From positions 13,848-45,847 of the forward strand of contig NZ_LZEW01000004.1 in assembly GCF_001676155.1 (NCBI RefSeq): a stretch of 32,000 nt of DNA, read 5' to 3'. Position numbers and translations under genes: made by a program. Below are positions 17,574-29,390 of this stretch, piece after piece (position 1 is the first letter of the stretch; every line of letters begins with the position of its first letter). The notes under the pieces are model-generated. The model saw only the letters and a list, made by a program, of their open reading frames with translations. It ran no database searches and had not been told where the DNA came from. The stretch comes from Morganella psychrotolerans (GTDB lineage Bacteria > Pseudomonadota > Gammaproteobacteria > Enterobacterales > Enterobacteriaceae).

Positions 17574-18341
17574 TTACAGTTTATTTCCGTAATAATAACC
17601 AAGAAATTTCAGCAATTTAAACTGGCGGCGAAAGCGGGTTGGTTGTGATAACAGGCGGTAAAGCCATTCCAGCCCCATATTCTGCCATACTTTAGGCGCA
17701 CGCTTCACATGTCCGGTAAACACGTCGTAGGTGCCGCCTACGCCCATATAAAGGGCATCCGGATGAACCTTACGGCAATCACGCATAAAGATTTCCTGTT
17801 TCGGCGATCCCATGGCGACAGTCACAATCTTTGCCCCGCTGTCACGGATGCGCTCAAACAGTGCATCACGCTGCTCCGGGGTGAAATATCCATCCTGAGT
17901 ACCGGCCAGATTCACATTCCACTGTGCTTTCAGCTTAGCCTCTGTTTCCGCCAGCACCGTCGGTTTACCACCGACAAGAAAGACCGGCGTGTTTTCCTGC
18001 CCGGCCTGCGCCATCAGCGCTTCCCATAAATCAGCACCGGCAACACGGGAAACCTCCGCCTGCGGATATTTACGGCGTATAGCCCGGACAATACTGATGC
18101 CGTCAGCATACAGATACTCTGCATTGCTCAGCAGCGTATTCAGCGCCTCGTCCTGTTCTGCGGTCATCACTTTCTCGGCATTCATTGCCACCAGTGTTCC
18201 GCGTTTAATCTGTCCGTCCGCAAACAAATAATTCAGAAAATGCGCCTGATCACGGAATCCCCAAATCGGGTAATTACGGATACTGTATTGCGGGATTTGT
18301 TCCGTACTGCCGGCATCAGATGATAACGGTTCCATACTCAT
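17574..18341 (-). CDS. wecG: UDP-ManNAcA transferase WecG (RffM), ECA lipid II synthesis
   Basis: 255 aa, colinear with E. coli WecG ([66 protein letters not shown]). Confidence 0.95.
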   Translation of the reverse strand: MSMEPLSSDAGSTEQIPQYSIRNYPIWGFRDQAHFLNYLFADGQIKRGTLVAMNAEKVMTAEQDEALNTLLSNAEYLYADGISIVRAIRRKYPQAEVSRVAGADLWEALMAQAGQENTPVFLVGGKPTVLAETEAKLKAQWNVNLAGTQDGYFTPEQRDALFERIRDSGAKIVTVAMGSPKQEIFMRDCRKVHPDALYMGVGGTYDVFTGHVKRAPKVWQNMGLEWLYRLLSQPTRFRRQFKLLKFLGYYYGNKL

Positions 18342-18344
18342 TCC

Positions 18345-19697
18345 TTACGATGAAAGACGGGTGCGTTTGCCCTGTGAAATCACATAATGACGGATGACCC
18401 CGGCCACTTCGAACAGCCAGTACAGTAATTTCGCCACCATCAGACAAAAACCAAAAATAAGACAGAAGAACACCACGCGGGAAACAAATGAGTCCATTCC
18501 TTCGCGGGCCAGCACAATCATGTTAAATATCGCGCCGAAACAGAAAGCATGCAGAATAGCGGCTTTATACCGGTTAGTTTCCCGCTGCCCCTGAACATAG
18601 AGCCAGTCAAACCATTTGATAATTAATCCGACCACCACCGCGCCGAGCGGAACAAACCAGAACCCGCCCATGACCACCAGCGATCCTATCAGTGTCGGGG
18701 AAATCGCCAGCCCGGAATGGTTGTTCAGGACTTCCCAGGTAAAATAGTTTGCTGCATTCAGTACAGTATCCGGCCGGTCAGGCCACAGCCAGCCCGGGAT
18801 AAAGACATAGAAATCACGGATGATCGGCGCCAGTCCCTGAAACTCGATTTTGTCGTAGTTATCCAGCAGCAACCCGAGGTTCTCCCACGGCGAGAAAGTA
18901 TCGCGGGTCAGATAGAGGAAGGTATAAAAGGCTTCTGCGCCGCTGACATCCAGACTGTAACGTTTGAGCGCCAGCCAGAACATACCCACCACGCCGAATA
19001 CACCGGCGCTGACCAGCATCCACAATGAGATCCAGCCACGGACAATCCCGATAAACAGGAAAAGCGCAAACGCAATAATGATATTGGCGCGGGTTCCGCC
19101 GACAATCACGTAAGTCATAATCCCGAATGCCACTGTCGCTATCAGGAAGCCAATCCAGCGGTTAAAGGTCGGTTTCAGGAAGAACACCACCAGCATGGCG
19201 GGGATGAAGAAATAGAAGAAGCGCTTTAACGCCACACCTGTGACCTGGCTTGAGAAAATCTGGCTGTAGGTTTTCAGCTTGAATAACAGTAACCCGTTTT
19301 CCATAAAGAAAATCCCGGCAGTACCGATGGCAATCGCCGCCAGCAGCATCCAGGTCAGGTTTGTTTCTGTTTTATTCATGCTGAACAACGGATGGCTGCC
19401 CGTTGATTGCGTTTTGCGCAGCCTGGTTTTATACGCCACATAATAAATAGCATAGAAACTGGTTGATGCCAGCAAGGCCTGCAACAACGAGGAAGCCGGC
19501 ACCACCTGTACATCAAACTGAAAAACCAGCGTAAATGTAAACGGAAATCCGAAATAGAAAGTCAGCAGATAAAGCAGGGAAAAGAAGATATTAAAATTGA
19601 AACGAACCCGCCGGAACTCCCGGTAGGTCAGCAGCAGGATGAACGTCAGTGAGATAAACCAGACGGCAAACAGCCCGATAAAATCAAACTGGCTCAT
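18345..19697 (-). CDS. wzyE: ECA polymerase WzyE
   Basis: 450 aa, the same length as E. coli WzyE. It is polytopic and has an ATGA overlap with the wecF stop. Confidence 0.93.
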   Translation of the reverse strand: MSQFDFIGLFAVWFISLTFILLLTYREFRRVRFNFNIFFSLLYLLTFYFGFPFTFTLVFQFDVQVVPASSLLQALLASTSFYAIYYVAYKTRLRKTQSTGSHPLFSMNKTETNLTWMLLAAIAIGTAGIFFMENGLLLFKLKTYSQIFSSQVTGVALKRFFYFFIPAMLVVFFLKPTFNRWIGFLIATVAFGIMTYVIVGGTRANIIIAFALFLFIGIVRGWISLWMLVSAGVFGVVGMFWLALKRYSLDVSGAEAFYTFLYLTRDTFSPWENLGLLLDNYDKIEFQGLAPIIRDFYVFIPGWLWPDRPDTVLNAANYFTWEVLNNHSGLAISPTLIGSLVVMGGFWFVPLGAVVVGLIIKWFDWLYVQGQRETNRYKAAILHAFCFGAIFNMIVLAREGMDSFVSRVVFFCLIFGFCLMVAKLLYWLFEVAGVIRHYVISQGKRTRLSS

Positions 19698-20781
19698 GCC
19701 TTTTTCTCCTGCGAAAGGGTCAGCACACGCTCCCAGCCCTGAACAAAGTTCGGGCTGAAAAAAGCGATTTTCTCACGGTCGAGCGCAAACAGTTGCTCAC
19801 GCGCCTGCGCAACAACAGCAGGAGTCAACTCATCTCCGTAAAACAGAACCGGCACCTGCTGCTCTGTCATATCCTGCCAGAACGGGTTCTGACGGCTGAT
19901 AACAAACGGAATACCGAACTGGATCAGAAGACAGAGCGTACCGATTCCCTGCTGGCGGTTAAAGATAAAATAGCCGAGGTCGCACTGTCTCAGCTGATTG
20001 AGATAAACATCAAAGTCTATTTTATCTTTCAGAATTTCAACCTGTTGTGAAGAAAACAGTTTCTCTGAAAATTCTTCAACTTCGCCAATATAAGCACTGT
20101 TATTTTCCGGATATCCCATCGGGATAATAATCTTCACCTTGTCACCGAACTGCGCATGAATGCGTGTCAGCGCCTCTGTATGACGATTTGAGCGATCACC
20201 CGAGTTACCCAGCAGGATCATGACATTATCATACTGCGTGGCTCCGGTGGTGTTAAAACTGTCAGGGACGGGTCCATGCGGGTCGGGAAATAGAGTAAAT
20301 CACCCGGCACCTGCGGACGGAACTGTTCAAAGTAATTTAAATCCCCGCGCGTTCCGAAGACATGCCCGACGCGCTTTTGGGCCAGGCGGCGCAGGTGATA
20401 AAACAGTCTGAATTTCAGCTGGCGGGAATCCTCATATAAATCAGCCCCCCAGATGTGCCAGAAGAACTGATGGCGTTTTATTTTGCCAAACAGTAATCCC
20501 AGCCAGATCAGCGCATTAAACTGACCGTGAAAGAAAAAGCGGCACTGCCGGTCACGTTTTGCTTTTACGGTGACCGCATTTGCCAGGCTTTTCTTATCCG
20601 GATAAACATCCAGTTCCAGGTTGGGATATTGCGCCAGAAGCTGTCCGGCTGTGGAAACGACCATAAATTCCGGCATTTCATCACGCGGCAGTGCAGGTGC
20701 CAGCACATCATTAAAGAAGCGCAGCACGGTTTGGTTATGGTGCGGGATATCAGATCCTAAAACGTGAATTAAAGTTATCAT
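19694..20781 (-). pseudogene. wecF: TDP-Fuc4NAc:lipid II Fuc4NAc transferase WecF (RffT), split into two ORFs by a frameshift between 20222 and 20262
   Basis: The N-part [25 protein letters not shown]...[11 protein letters not shown] runs 20781 to 20218. The C-part [12 protein letters not shown]...FSPNFVQGW runs 20221 to 19694. Together they are colinear with the single 359-aa E. coli WecF. The start ATG at 20781 is in an ATGA overlap with wzxE. Confidence 0.88.
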
Positions 20782-22028
20782 GCTCGCCTGCAATAGATCA
20801 GAAATACGCTACAACACAAAAGGAAGTAGATAATATAAGTCACCATATACGCCTGCGCCGCGCCGACAGCGCCGTGTGCAGGGATAAGCCAGTATGCGGA
20901 CAGCGTCAGTAACACAAACTGCGTCACTTCAGTGAGGATATAAAACCGCAGTGCGGCTTTGGCAATCACCAGATATCCGAACACATACGCACCCACTTTC
21001 AGCACATCACCGGTAAGCTGCCATACAAACAGCTCCCGCATTCCGGTAAATTCTTCAGAAAACAACAACCAGATAGCAAAATCCCGCAGCAGCCAGACCA
21101 TAAAACTCGCAACAGCCACAGCGGGTAATACAAATTTCAGCGATTTTATAATTTCGCGGCGGATAGCCGTTTTTTCCTGTAAACGCGCGAGTGTCGGCAG
21201 CAGATAGACAGAAAATGATGCTGTAATAAACTGTAAATACGCATCTGAAATACTGGTGACGCCAACCCACATCCCTACCGCATCCCAGCTGTAGCGGTCC
21301 GCCAGCAGGTTTCGCATCAGGATATAAGCCACCGGCAGTGTTACCGCCGTCATCAGCGCCATCAGGGTAAATTTCCCCAGATGCGAGGCAATCGCGCGAT
21401 CCCATGCCGGTTTCAGGTCTGACAGCGGGAAGCGTTTACGGCGCAGCATAATAATCAGCGCAGGGAAAATAATCAGCGCAGGCACCAGCGCAAGCCCCGC
21501 CAGTGCGCCGCCGTAACCCCACAGCCGCAGGCAAAGATAATACGCCGCCACACCAATCAGGCTGCCTGCCACAATCGCAAGGGCATTGCCGCTGGCGTCA
21601 CGGTAACCTTTTAAAATCGCAAGGAAATAGTTAGCATAACCAATTCCCATCTGAATAAATGCCACTGCAACGATAACTTCACGATATGAATCGTGTCCGA
21701 ACAGCAGCACACTGATTTGTGCACTGAACAGCAGAAATGCAATCGCCAGCAGGGTCGAAAAAAGCAGAATAATCGTCGATGACGTGCCTAATATCGCCCG
21801 GCGCTTATCAGCGTCCTCATGGTGCTCGGCAATATATTTTGTGACACCATTAAAAATACCGGCGCCGGACAGCACGCCGAGTACCGTAACCAACTGGCGG
21901 AAGTTTCCCGCCTGCCCGATACCGGACGGGCCGTAGGCCAGCGCCAGCAGTTTGACGACTAACAGCCCCGCCCCGATTTTGATCAGGGTGGAGCCGGCCG
22001 TCCAGATTGATGCTCTGGCTAAAGACAT
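20778..22028 (-). CDS. wzxE: ECA lipid III flippase WzxE
   Basis: 416 aa, the same length as E. coli WzxE. It is a polytopic MOP-family flippase in the conserved position. Confidence 0.93.
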   Translation of the reverse strand: MSLARASIWTAGSTLIKIGAGLLVVKLLALAYGPSGIGQAGNFRQLVTVLGVLSGAGIFNGVTKYIAEHHEDADKRRAILGTSSTIILLFSTLLAIAFLLFSAQISVLLFGHDSYREVIVAVAFIQMGIGYANYFLAILKGYRDASGNALAIVAGSLIGVAAYYLCLRLWGYGGALAGLALVPALIIFPALIIMLRRKRFPLSDLKPAWDRAIASHLGKFTLMALMTAVTLPVAYILMRNLLADRYSWDAVGMWVGVTSISDAYLQFITASFSVYLLPTLARLQEKTAIRREIIKSLKFVLPAVAVASFMVWLLRDFAIWLLFSEEFTGMRELFVWQLTGDVLKVGAYVFGYLVIAKAALRFYILTEVTQFVLLTLSAYWLIPAHGAVGAAQAYMVTYIIYFLLCCSVFLIYCRRA

Positions 22029-22029
22029 A

Positions 22030-23160
22030 TTACGCGAAGAAATCCTTAATCAGACGGATCACAGTTTGCTGCTCGTCTTCTTTCATGTTGTAGAACATCG
22101 GCAGGCGCACCAGGCGATCACTTTCACGGGAGGTAAAGATATCCTCACCATTGAAACGTCCGAATTCCACCCCTGCCGGACAGCTGTGCAGCGGCACATA
22201 ATGGAATACCGTCAATACATCATGTGATTTCATAAATTCATTGAATGCTGTGCGCTCTTCCACATCTTTCAGCTTGATGTAGAACATGTGCGCATTCTGC
22301 TCCATGCCTTCCGGTACAACCGGCAGCGTCAGCAGACCATCTTCCGCCAGCGGCGTCAGTGCATCGTAGTAAATCTGCCAGAATGCCAGACGGCGCTCAT
22401 TAATTTTTTCTGCTTCTTCCAGTTGCGCCCACAGATAAGCGGCCTGTAAGTCAGACATCAGATAGCTGGAGCCGATATCACGCCAGGTATATTTATCCAC
22501 CTGACCACGGAAGAACTGGCTGCGGTTGGTGCCTTTCTCGCGGATAATTTCTGCACGCGGGATCATCGCGGGGTCGTTAATCAGCGTTGCACCGCCTTCG
22601 CCACCGGAAGAGTAGTTTTTGGTTTCATGGAAGCTGTAACAGCCGATATGACCAATTGACCCGAGTGCGCGGCCTTTATAAGTCGACATCACGCCCTGTG
22701 CGGCATCTTCCACCACATACAGGTTATATTTCTTCGCCAGTGCCATGATGGTGTCCATTTCACAGGCCACGCCCGCATAATGCACCGGTACAATCGCTTT
22801 GGTTTTCTCTGTGATTGCCGCTTCGATTTTGGTTTCATCAATATTCATGGTATCCGGACGGATATCCACAAATACTACTTTCGCGCCGCGCAATACAAAG
22901 GCGTTCGAGGTAGAAACAAAGGTGTAGCTCGGCATGATGATTTCATCACCCGCCTGAATATCCAGCAGAATTGCTGCCATTTCCAATGATGCAGTACAAG
23001 ATGGTGTCAGCAGGACTTTAGCGCTGCCAAACCGTTTTTCCATCCATTCTTCACATTTTTTGGTGAACTGTCCGTCACCACACAACTTGCCGCTGGTCAT
23101 GGCCTGCTGCATATACCCAACTTCAGTGCCGACTACAGGTGGTTTATTAAATGGAATCAT
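22030..23160 (-). CDS. wecE: dTDP-4-amino-4,6-dideoxygalactose transaminase WecE (RffA)
   Basis: [19 protein letters not shown]... gives 376 aa from the ATG at 23160, colinear with E. coli WecE. The ORF-track start at 23286 is an in-frame extension into wecD. Confidence 0.95.
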   Translation of the reverse strand: MIPFNKPPVVGTEVGYMQQAMTSGKLCGDGQFTKKCEEWMEKRFGSAKVLLTPSCTASLEMAAILLDIQAGDEIIMPSYTFVSTSNAFVLRGAKVVFVDIRPDTMNIDETKIEAAITEKTKAIVPVHYAGVACEMDTIMALAKKYNLYVVEDAAQGVMSTYKGRALGSIGHIGCYSFHETKNYSSGGEGGATLINDPAMIPRAEIIREKGTNRSQFFRGQVDKYTWRDIGSSYLMSDLQAAYLWAQLEEAEKINERRLAFWQIYYDALTPLAEDGLLTLPVVPEGMEQNAHMFYIKLKDVEERTAFNEFMKSHDVLTVFHYVPLHSCPAGVEFGRFNGEDIFTSRESDRLVRLPMFYNMKEDEQQTVIRLIKDFFA

Positions 23161-23872
23161 TGCATCCTCGGTATAACCAATAGGCTGTACTGTCAATCGT
23201 ACCGCCACTTTTTGTATAAAGGCGCATTGCCGCAAGATTACTGAGCTGTGTTGCAACCCGTAATACACGGCAGTGATGTTCTGCACACCACTGTTGCGCC
23301 GCCGACATTAATTTCAGGCCAATTCCCTGACCCTGATTGCCCGGCAGTACCGCCAGCAGACCTATGCGGGCGCTCTGTTCGTCCGGTTTGCGTAGTGTGA
23401 CAAACCCGGCTGTTTCATTCTTTTCATTACGAACCAGCAGGCAATCTTTATCAAACGTACCCAGTACCGCTTTTTCCGCCCAGGTTGTATAGAACCGGGC
23501 GCTGTCGTCCGGCTGATACCAGGGGGCACGAAAGCGGCTCTGCGCAAATACCTGTGCCGCCGCCGTTTTTATGACCGCAATATCATCACTGACGGCATAA
23601 CACAGCGGTCTGTGAGACATTGCATTTTCTGTGCCAGCCTGCAATTTCAGCGCAAAATCCACTTCACTTTCTGCTAAAGAAAAGCCCAGTGCGGATAAGC
23701 CATCCAGCGCATTCAGGTCGCCGGTGGTGATTTTTGCCTGCACCAGGTCATAAGGCGCGAAATCGGCGACCGTCAGGAGGGCAGCATCCGGGGAAAGTGC
23801 CAGTTTTGCCGTTTTCAGGGCAAAAAAGTCACTTTCCCACGCGAGTGGATCAATACTGGCGCGGACGGACAT
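23147..23872 (-). CDS. wecD: dTDP-fucosamine acetyltransferase WecD (RffC), GNAT family
   Basis: M.VRASI.PL.WE..FF at the N-terminus, SRFRAPWY, and STAYWLYR near the C-terminus, as in E. coli WecD. It overlaps rffH by 23 nt and wecE by 14 nt. Confidence 0.9.
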   Translation of the reverse strand: MSVRASIDPLAWESDFFALKTAKLALSPDAALLTVADFAPYDLVQAKITTGDLNALDGLSALGFSLAESEVDFALKLQAGTENAMSHRPLCYAVSDDIAVIKTAAAQVFAQSRFRAPWYQPDDSARFYTTWAEKAVLGTFDKDCLLVRNEKNETAGFVTLRKPDEQSARIGLLAVLPGNQGQGIGLKLMSAAQQWCAEHHCRVLRVATQLSNLAAMRLYTKSGGTIDSTAYWLYRGCNDSI

Positions 23873-24731
23873 GAAGTAAATTCTTCAGATACTGACCATA
23901 ACCGGTTTTCGCCAGCTGACGGGCGGACTCTGCCACCTGTTCATCACTCAGCCAGCCGTTGCGCCATGCAATCTCTTCCAGACAGGCAATTTTAAAGCCC
24001 TGACGCTTCTCGACTGTCTGTACAAAGGTGCTCGCCTCAATCAGGCTGTCGTGTGTGCCGGTATCCAGCCACGCAAATCCGCGTCCCAGCAGCTCGACAT
24101 TCAGTTCGCCGCGCTCCAGATACATCTGGTTGATACTGGTGATTTCCAGCTCGCCGCGCTCAGAAGGTTTTACCTGCTTCGCGATATCAACTACCTGATT
24201 ATCATAAAAATAAAGTCCGGTTACTGCCCAGTTGGATTTTGGCTGTACCGGTTTCTCTTCAATAGAGAGCGCACGGAATTCATCATCAAACTCCACCACA
24301 CCAAAACGTTCCGGGTCCATAACCTGATAACCAAAGACAGTCGCGCCCTGTGTGCGGGCAGCAACCGTTTTCAGTTTCGGACTGAACGCGTGACCAAAGA
24401 AGATGTTATCACCCAGCACCAGGCTGCATGTGTCATCACCGATAAATTCTTCACCGATGATAAACGCCTGCGCCAGACCATCCGGAGATGGCTGTTCCGC
24501 GTAGCTCAGCGAGATCCCGAACTGATCACCATTGCCCAGCAGACGGCGGAACGACGGCAAATCTTCCGGCGTTGAAATAATCAGCACTTCGCGGATCCCC
24601 GCGAGCATCAGCACCGACAGCGGATAATAGATCATCGGCTTGTCGTAAATCGGCAGCAACTGCTTCGACACCCCACGGGTGATAGGATGCAGCCGGGTGC
24701 CGGAGCCACCGGCCAGAATAATACCTTTCAT
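23850..24731 (-). CDS. rffH: Glucose-1-phosphate thymidylyltransferase RffH
   Basis: 293 aa, starting [18 protein letters not shown], with [11 protein letters not shown] and the RmlA-family signature throughout. Confidence 0.96.
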   Translation of the reverse strand: MKGIILAGGSGTRLHPITRGVSKQLLPIYDKPMIYYPLSVLMLAGIREVLIISTPEDLPSFRRLLGNGDQFGISLSYAEQPSPDGLAQAFIIGEEFIGDDTCSLVLGDNIFFGHAFSPKLKTVAARTQGATVFGYQVMDPERFGVVEFDDEFRALSIEEKPVQPKSNWAVTGLYFYDNQVVDIAKQVKPSERGELEITSINQMYLERGELNVELLGRGFAWLDTGTHDSLIEASTFVQTVEKRQGFKIACLEEIAWRNGWLSDEQVAESARQLAKTGYGQYLKNLLHVRPRQY

Positions 24732-24740
24732 ATCAGTCCC

Positions 24741-25820
24741 TTACTTATCGCTTTCCAGCCCGAGGCGCTGTCCGGCATAAGAGCCGTCCTGCACCCGGCT
24801 CCACCAGGTTTCATTATTCAGATACCATTCCACGGTTTTGCGTATCCCGGACTCAAAGGTTTCCTGCGGACGCCAGCCAAGGTCACGCTCAATTTTGTCA
24901 GCATCAATCGCATAGCGCAGGTCATGACCAGGGCGATCAGTCACATAAGTGATTAAATCGCGGTACTGAGCAACACCGGCGGGCTTTTGAGGATACAGTT
25001 CTTCCAGCAGTGAACAGATGGTTTCGACAACCTGAATATTTTTGCGCTCATTATGACCGCCGATATTATAGGTTTCGCCAACTTTTGCCTGCGTGACAAC
25101 CGTATACAGTGCGCGCGCATGATCATCTACAAACAGCCAGTCGCGGATCTGCTCGCCTTTACCGTAAACCGGCAGCGGTTTGCCTGAGATCGCATTGAGG
25201 ATCACCAGCGGGATCAGTTTTTCCGGAAAGTGATACGGTCCGTAATTATTTGAGCAGTTGGTAATAATGGTCGGGAAGCCGTAAGTCCGCAGCCAGGCGC
25301 GCACCAGATGGTCACTGGACGCTTTGGATGCAGAATACGGGCTGCTCGGTGCATACGGTGTGGTTTCAGTGAAAAAGCCATCCGGTCCTTCCAGGTCACC
25401 ATACACTTCATCAGTGGAGATATGATGAAAACGGAAAGCGGATTTTTTCTCTGCATCCAGCGCCTGCCAGTAATGCCGCGCGGCCTCCAACAGTGTGTAA
25501 GTGCCCACAATGTTAGTTTCGATAAAATCAGCCGGACCATCAATGGAGCGGTCAACATGACTTTCGGCTGCCAGATGCATCACGGCATCCGGCTGATACT
25601 GTGCAAACACGCGGTCAAGTGCCGCGCGGTCGCAAATATCAACCTGTTCAAAGGTATAGCGCGCGTCATCAGCGACCGGCGCCAGGGACTCAAGGTTCCC
25701 GGCGTAGGTCAGTTTATCAACCACCACCACACTGTCAGCCGTATCACGGATAATATGACGAACAACAGCAGAGCCGATAAAACCGGCTCCGCCTGTCACT
25801 AAAATGCGTTTCAACGCCAT
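24741..25820 (-). CDS. rffG: dTDP-glucose 4,6-dehydratase RffG
   Basis: [22 protein letters not shown] and [14 protein letters not shown] are present. The ATG at 25820 has an AAGGAG SD and aligns with the E. coli start. The ORF-track start at 25844 is an extension. Confidence 0.95.
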   Translation of the reverse strand: MALKRILVTGGAGFIGSAVVRHIIRDTADSVVVVDKLTYAGNLESLAPVADDARYTFEQVDICDRAALDRVFAQYQPDAVMHLAAESHVDRSIDGPADFIETNIVGTYTLLEAARHYWQALDAEKKSAFRFHHISTDEVYGDLEGPDGFFTETTPYAPSSPYSASKASSDHLVRAWLRTYGFPTIITNCSNNYGPYHFPEKLIPLVILNAISGKPLPVYGKGEQIRDWLFVDDHARALYTVVTQAKVGETYNIGGHNERKNIQVVETICSLLEELYPQKPAGVAQYRDLITYVTDRPGHDLRYAIDADKIERDLGWRPQETFESGIRKTVEWYLNNETWWSRVQDGSYAGQRLGLESDK

Positions 25821-27073
25821 ACTCCTTTGGTGTCGATGATCCATTTCTGCGGGATCTGGCTGCCCGGAATATTTTTAAACGGTGTGTGGTCAACGAGCAG
25901 CAGGATAATATCAGCGTCAGCAATCGCTTTGTCGATTGATGTCAGCTCAGCCAGCCCTTTCAGCTTATTAGGCAGTTCGTGAACATTCGGTTCGACCGCC
26001 AGGGTTTTCCCTGCATGCCACTCTGCCACCATTTTAGTAACATGAACGGCCGGGCTTTCACGTAAATCATCAATATTTGGTTTAAATGCCAGACCAAAGC
26101 AGGCAATGGTCACTTCACCCGCACGTTTGCCGGTTTCTGTCAGGCAATCCGCAACGGCAGCTTTCACCTGGTCGATAACCCACAGTGGTTTGCCATCGTT
26201 AACCAGACGTGCGGTATGGATCAGACGCGCCTGTTTCGGGTTCTGCGCCACGATAAACCACGGGTCAACGGCGATACAGTGTCCGCCCACACCCGGACCC
26301 GGCTGTAAGATATTCACGCGCGGATGGCGGTTTGCCAGGCTGATCAGTTCCCAGACGTTGATGCCCTGATCGGCACAAATCAGTGATAATTCATTGGCAA
26401 ATGCAATATTGACATCACGGAAGCTGTTTTCAGTCAGTTTGCACATTTCAGCCGTGCGTGCGTTAGTGATTACACACTCCCCTTCCAGGAAGATGTAATA
26501 CAGTTCGCTGGCGCGTTTTGACGATTTTGCTGTCATGCCGCCGACAACACGGTCATTTTTAATCAGTTCAACCATTACCTGACCCGGCAACACACGCTCA
26601 GGGCAGTAAGCAATATCAATATCCGCGTCTTCACCCGCCTGCTGCGGGAACGTCAGATCCGGGCGGGCAACCGCCAGCCATTCTGCCATCTGCTCAGTCG
26701 CACCAACCGGAGAGGTGGATTCAAGGATAACCAAATCCCCTTTTTTCAGTACCGGCGCAATAGATTCTGCCGCTGACTGAACAAAAACCAGATCCGGCTC
26801 ATGATCCCCTTTAAACGGGGTCGGCACTGCAATCAGGAACGCATCCGCAGGTTGTGGTTTGGTAAAGGCTTTCAGGAAACCGCCATCAACGGCTGTTTTC
26901 ACGACCGCGCCTAAATCCGGCTCCACGATATGAATTTCACCACGATTAATGGTATCAACCGCATGCTGGTTCACATCCACACCAACCACTTTTTTCTGAC
27001 GGGAAGCAAATGCTGCCGCTGTTGGCAAACCGATGTAACCCAGACCGACAACAGAAATAGTTTCAAAACTCAT
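25811..27073 (-). CDS. wecC: UDP-N-acetyl-D-mannosamine dehydrogenase WecC
   Basis: 420 aa, the same length as in E. coli. It has the N-terminal Rossmann motif [10 protein letters not shown] and an ATGA overlap with wecB. Confidence 0.95.
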   Translation of the reverse strand: MSFETISVVGLGYIGLPTAAAFASRQKKVVGVDVNQHAVDTINRGEIHIVEPDLGAVVKTAVDGGFLKAFTKPQPADAFLIAVPTPFKGDHEPDLVFVQSAAESIAPVLKKGDLVILESTSPVGATEQMAEWLAVARPDLTFPQQAGEDADIDIAYCPERVLPGQVMVELIKNDRVVGGMTAKSSKRASELYYIFLEGECVITNARTAEMCKLTENSFRDVNIAFANELSLICADQGINVWELISLANRHPRVNILQPGPGVGGHCIAVDPWFIVAQNPKQARLIHTARLVNDGKPLWVIDQVKAAVADCLTETGKRAGEVTIACFGLAFKPNIDDLRESPAVHVTKMVAEWHAGKTLAVEPNVHELPNKLKGLAELTSIDKAIADADIILLLVDHTPFKNIPGSQIPQKWIIDTKGVWR

Positions 27074-28200
27074 AATGTCACCTGATTGTTTTTCAATGCT
27101 TCAAGAATACGCTGGCACGCTTTTCCGTCCCCGTACGGGTTATGTGAACGGCTCATCTCATGATAAGCCGCCGGATCGGTCAGCAATCGTGTTACTTCGC
27201 GAACGATAGTGTCGGTTTCTGTGCCGACTAAACGAACAGTACCCGCGTCAATCGCTTCCGGGCGCTCAGTGGTGTCACGCATCACCAGAACCGGTTTACC
27301 TAATGACGGTGCTTCTTCCTGGATACCACCGGAGTCGGTCAGGATCATATAAGCATGGTTCATAAGATACACAAAAGGAAGGTAATCCTGCGGGCTGATT
27401 AAAACAATGTTGCTGATATCATGCAGAATTCGTTTTACCGGCTCACTCACATTCGGGTTGAGATGGACCGGGTACACAATCTGGACTTCCGGATGTGCAG
27501 TGGCGATCTCGGCCAGCGCATGACAAATCCGCTCAAAACCATCCCCAAAACTTTCACGGCGGTGACCGGTCACAAGGATCATTTTTTTGTTGCTGTCGAT
27601 AAACGGATACTTCGCATCCAGTTGATCCAGCAAATCTTTATCCTGCATGATGCGGTCGCGGACAGACAGCAGCGCATCAATCACCGAGTTACCGGTGACA
27701 AAAATATGACTGCCGTTTATCCCCTCACGCAGTAAGTTCTCACGCGAGTTTTCGGTGGGTGCAAAATGATACATCGCCAGATGTCCGGCGATTTTCCGGT
27801 TGGCCTCTTCCGGCCACGGCGAGTAGAGATTTCCGGTACGCAGACCGGCTTCAACATGTCCGACCGGGATGCGGTGATAGAACGCCGCCAGGCTGGTCGC
27901 CATGGTTGTTGCCGTGTCGCCGTGAACCAGAACGACATCGGGTTTAAAATCGGCAAAAACCGGTTTCAACCCTTCAAGAATATGACAGGTGATATCCGTT
28001 AAATCCTGCCCCGGGCGCATAATATTGAGATCATAATCAGGTGTGATCTCAAAAAGGTGTAAGACCTGATCCAGCATTTCACGATGTTGCGCGGTGACAC
28101 AGACTTTTGCTTCAAAAGCGTTATCTGCGGCCAGCGCATGTACCAGCGGAGCCATTTTGATGGCTTCAGGACGGGTACCAAATACAGTCAATACTTTCAC
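27070..28200 (-). CDS. wecB: UDP-N-acetylglucosamine 2-epimerase WecB
   Basis: 376 aa starting [23 protein letters not shown], near-identical to E. coli WecB. It uses a GTG start. Confidence 0.96.
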   Translation of the reverse strand: MKVLTVFGTRPEAIKMAPLVHALAADNAFEAKVCVTAQHREMLDQVLHLFEITPDYDLNIMRPGQDLTDITCHILEGLKPVFADFKPDVVLVHGDTATTMATSLAAFYHRIPVGHVEAGLRTGNLYSPWPEEANRKIAGHLAMYHFAPTENSRENLLREGINGSHIFVTGNSVIDALLSVRDRIMQDKDLLDQLDAKYPFIDSNKKMILVTGHRRESFGDGFERICHALAEIATAHPEVQIVYPVHLNPNVSEPVKRILHDISNIVLISPQDYLPFVYLMNHAYMILTDSGGIQEEAPSLGKPVLVMRDTTERPEAIDAGTVRLVGTETDTIVREVTRLLTDPAAYHEMSRSHNPYGDGKACQRILEALKNNQVTL

Positions 28201-28259
28201 TGAGATTCTCTTTTATTTATATGATATCCGGCTTTGAGCCGGTGGCGGTTTCCCGCCTT

Positions 28260-28290
28260 AAAACAGGCCGGAACACAGGTTTCCGGCCGG
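28260..28290 (-). terminator. Hairpin with a U-rich tail after wzzE (candidate partial terminator or attenuator)
   Basis: On the minus strand, an 8-bp GGCCGGAA/TTCCGGCC stem with a 7-nt loop is followed by TGTTTTA. Confidence 0.4.
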
Positions 28291-28306
28291 TTATTTCTTA
28301 CCGTAA

Positions 28307-29362
28307 CTACGGACGACGACGGGCCAGTGCCACACCGGCTCCTGCCAGCGCACCGATAAAGCCCCACATAATCATCATGAACGCACGGCGCGGACTGTCG
28401 CGCTTGATTGGCTCATCCGGTGTACGCAGGTAACGATATGCACGGAAGCTCTCATCCAGTGTCGGACCGACATTCAGTGTCGATAACATGGCGATATTCT
28501 GCTCATAGTCTTTATCAAAATCCGGCCCGGTGGCTTCCAGTGTTTCCAGGCGTGCCTGCAACATTGGTGTACCTAATAAAAAGAGCTGTGATTTCGGCAG
28601 TTCATTGACAGGAACATCTGTCTGGCTGCGGCTGATACCCTGTTTTTGTGCCGTCACGAGTGCATTTTTCAGCAAACCGGTTTCGCGCTGATAAAGAGAT
28701 TCAGCCACCATTTTCTGGCGTTTCACCAGTGCTTTCAGTGATTGTGTGCGGGTTGCCCACGCGCCTTTCAGTTCATCATTCAGGTTCAGAGCTGCACGGT
28801 TGCTGGCAAAATCAATATACTGGCGCAGCAGTGCTGCTGATTCTTCCGCAGATTCAGCGGTTAATGTCAGCGTATCATTGACCAGTTTTTTAGTATCATC
28901 ACGCGGGGTCAGCGTGATGTTATTGATCATCTCATCCAGCAGCGCGGCATCTGCTTTGGCATCATTTTCCATGCGGGATTTGTAATAATCCGTCTGTAGC
29001 CAGAAATCACGGCGGGTATCATAAGAGGCCGCCTGAGTAATAAATTCCTGGTAGGCTTCATTCGGGATAGGCAGCAGTGCTGCTGATTCCTGAGCCGCAT
29101 TCAGATGGTTATCCAGATTGCGCATAAATTGCTGCTGTGAATAATATCCGCCTAAATTATTAACCGTCGGATAATCTGTGATCGCCGTCGAGTTCCATTT
29201 TTGCTGCATAAAGTAACTGGCACCCAGAGATACCAGCGCAAACACAACGGCAATACCGACTATCCATACCTTGCCGCGCCACAATGAAACAAACAGCGCG
29301 CGGATATCTAATTCCTGGTCATACTGCGTTTGTTGCGGGTCCGGATTATTTTCTGAACGCAT
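28307..29362 (-). CDS. wzzE: ECA chain-length regulator WzzE
   Basis: 351 aa from the ATG at 29362 (MRSENNP...ELDIRALF...). It is colinear with E. coli WzzE (TAITD.PTVN.LGGYYSQQQF, LNDELKGAWA, RDSPRRAF.MIMWG). The ORF-track start at 29494 runs into wecA. Confidence 0.93.
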   Translation of the reverse strand: MRSENNPDPQQTQYDQELDIRALFVSLWRGKVWIVGIAVVFALVSLGASYFMQQKWNSTAITDYPTVNNLGGYYSQQQFMRNLDNHLNAAQESAALLPIPNEAYQEFITQAASYDTRRDFWLQTDYYKSRMENDAKADAALLDEMINNITLTPRDDTKKLVNDTLTLTAESAEESAALLRQYIDFASNRAALNLNDELKGAWATRTQSLKALVKRQKMVAESLYQRETGLLKNALVTAQKQGISRSQTDVPVNELPKSQLFLLGTPMLQARLETLEATGPDFDKDYEQNIAMLSTLNVGPTLDESFRAYRYLRTPDEPIKRDSPRRAFMMIMWGFIGALAGAGVALARRRP

Positions 29363-29390
29363 ATCAACACGAGCCTCTGTGGTTAAAAAT

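Noticed and set aside
22030-23286. Long N-terminal extensions in the ORF track for wecE (23286), wzzE (29494), rffG (25844), hemC (11840), uvrD (4680), cyaY (8296) and wecF (20793)
   Set aside because: The extensions overlap the upstream gene or lack similarity to the E. coli N-termini. Internal starts give the orthologue-length proteins and, where checked, better SD sequences.
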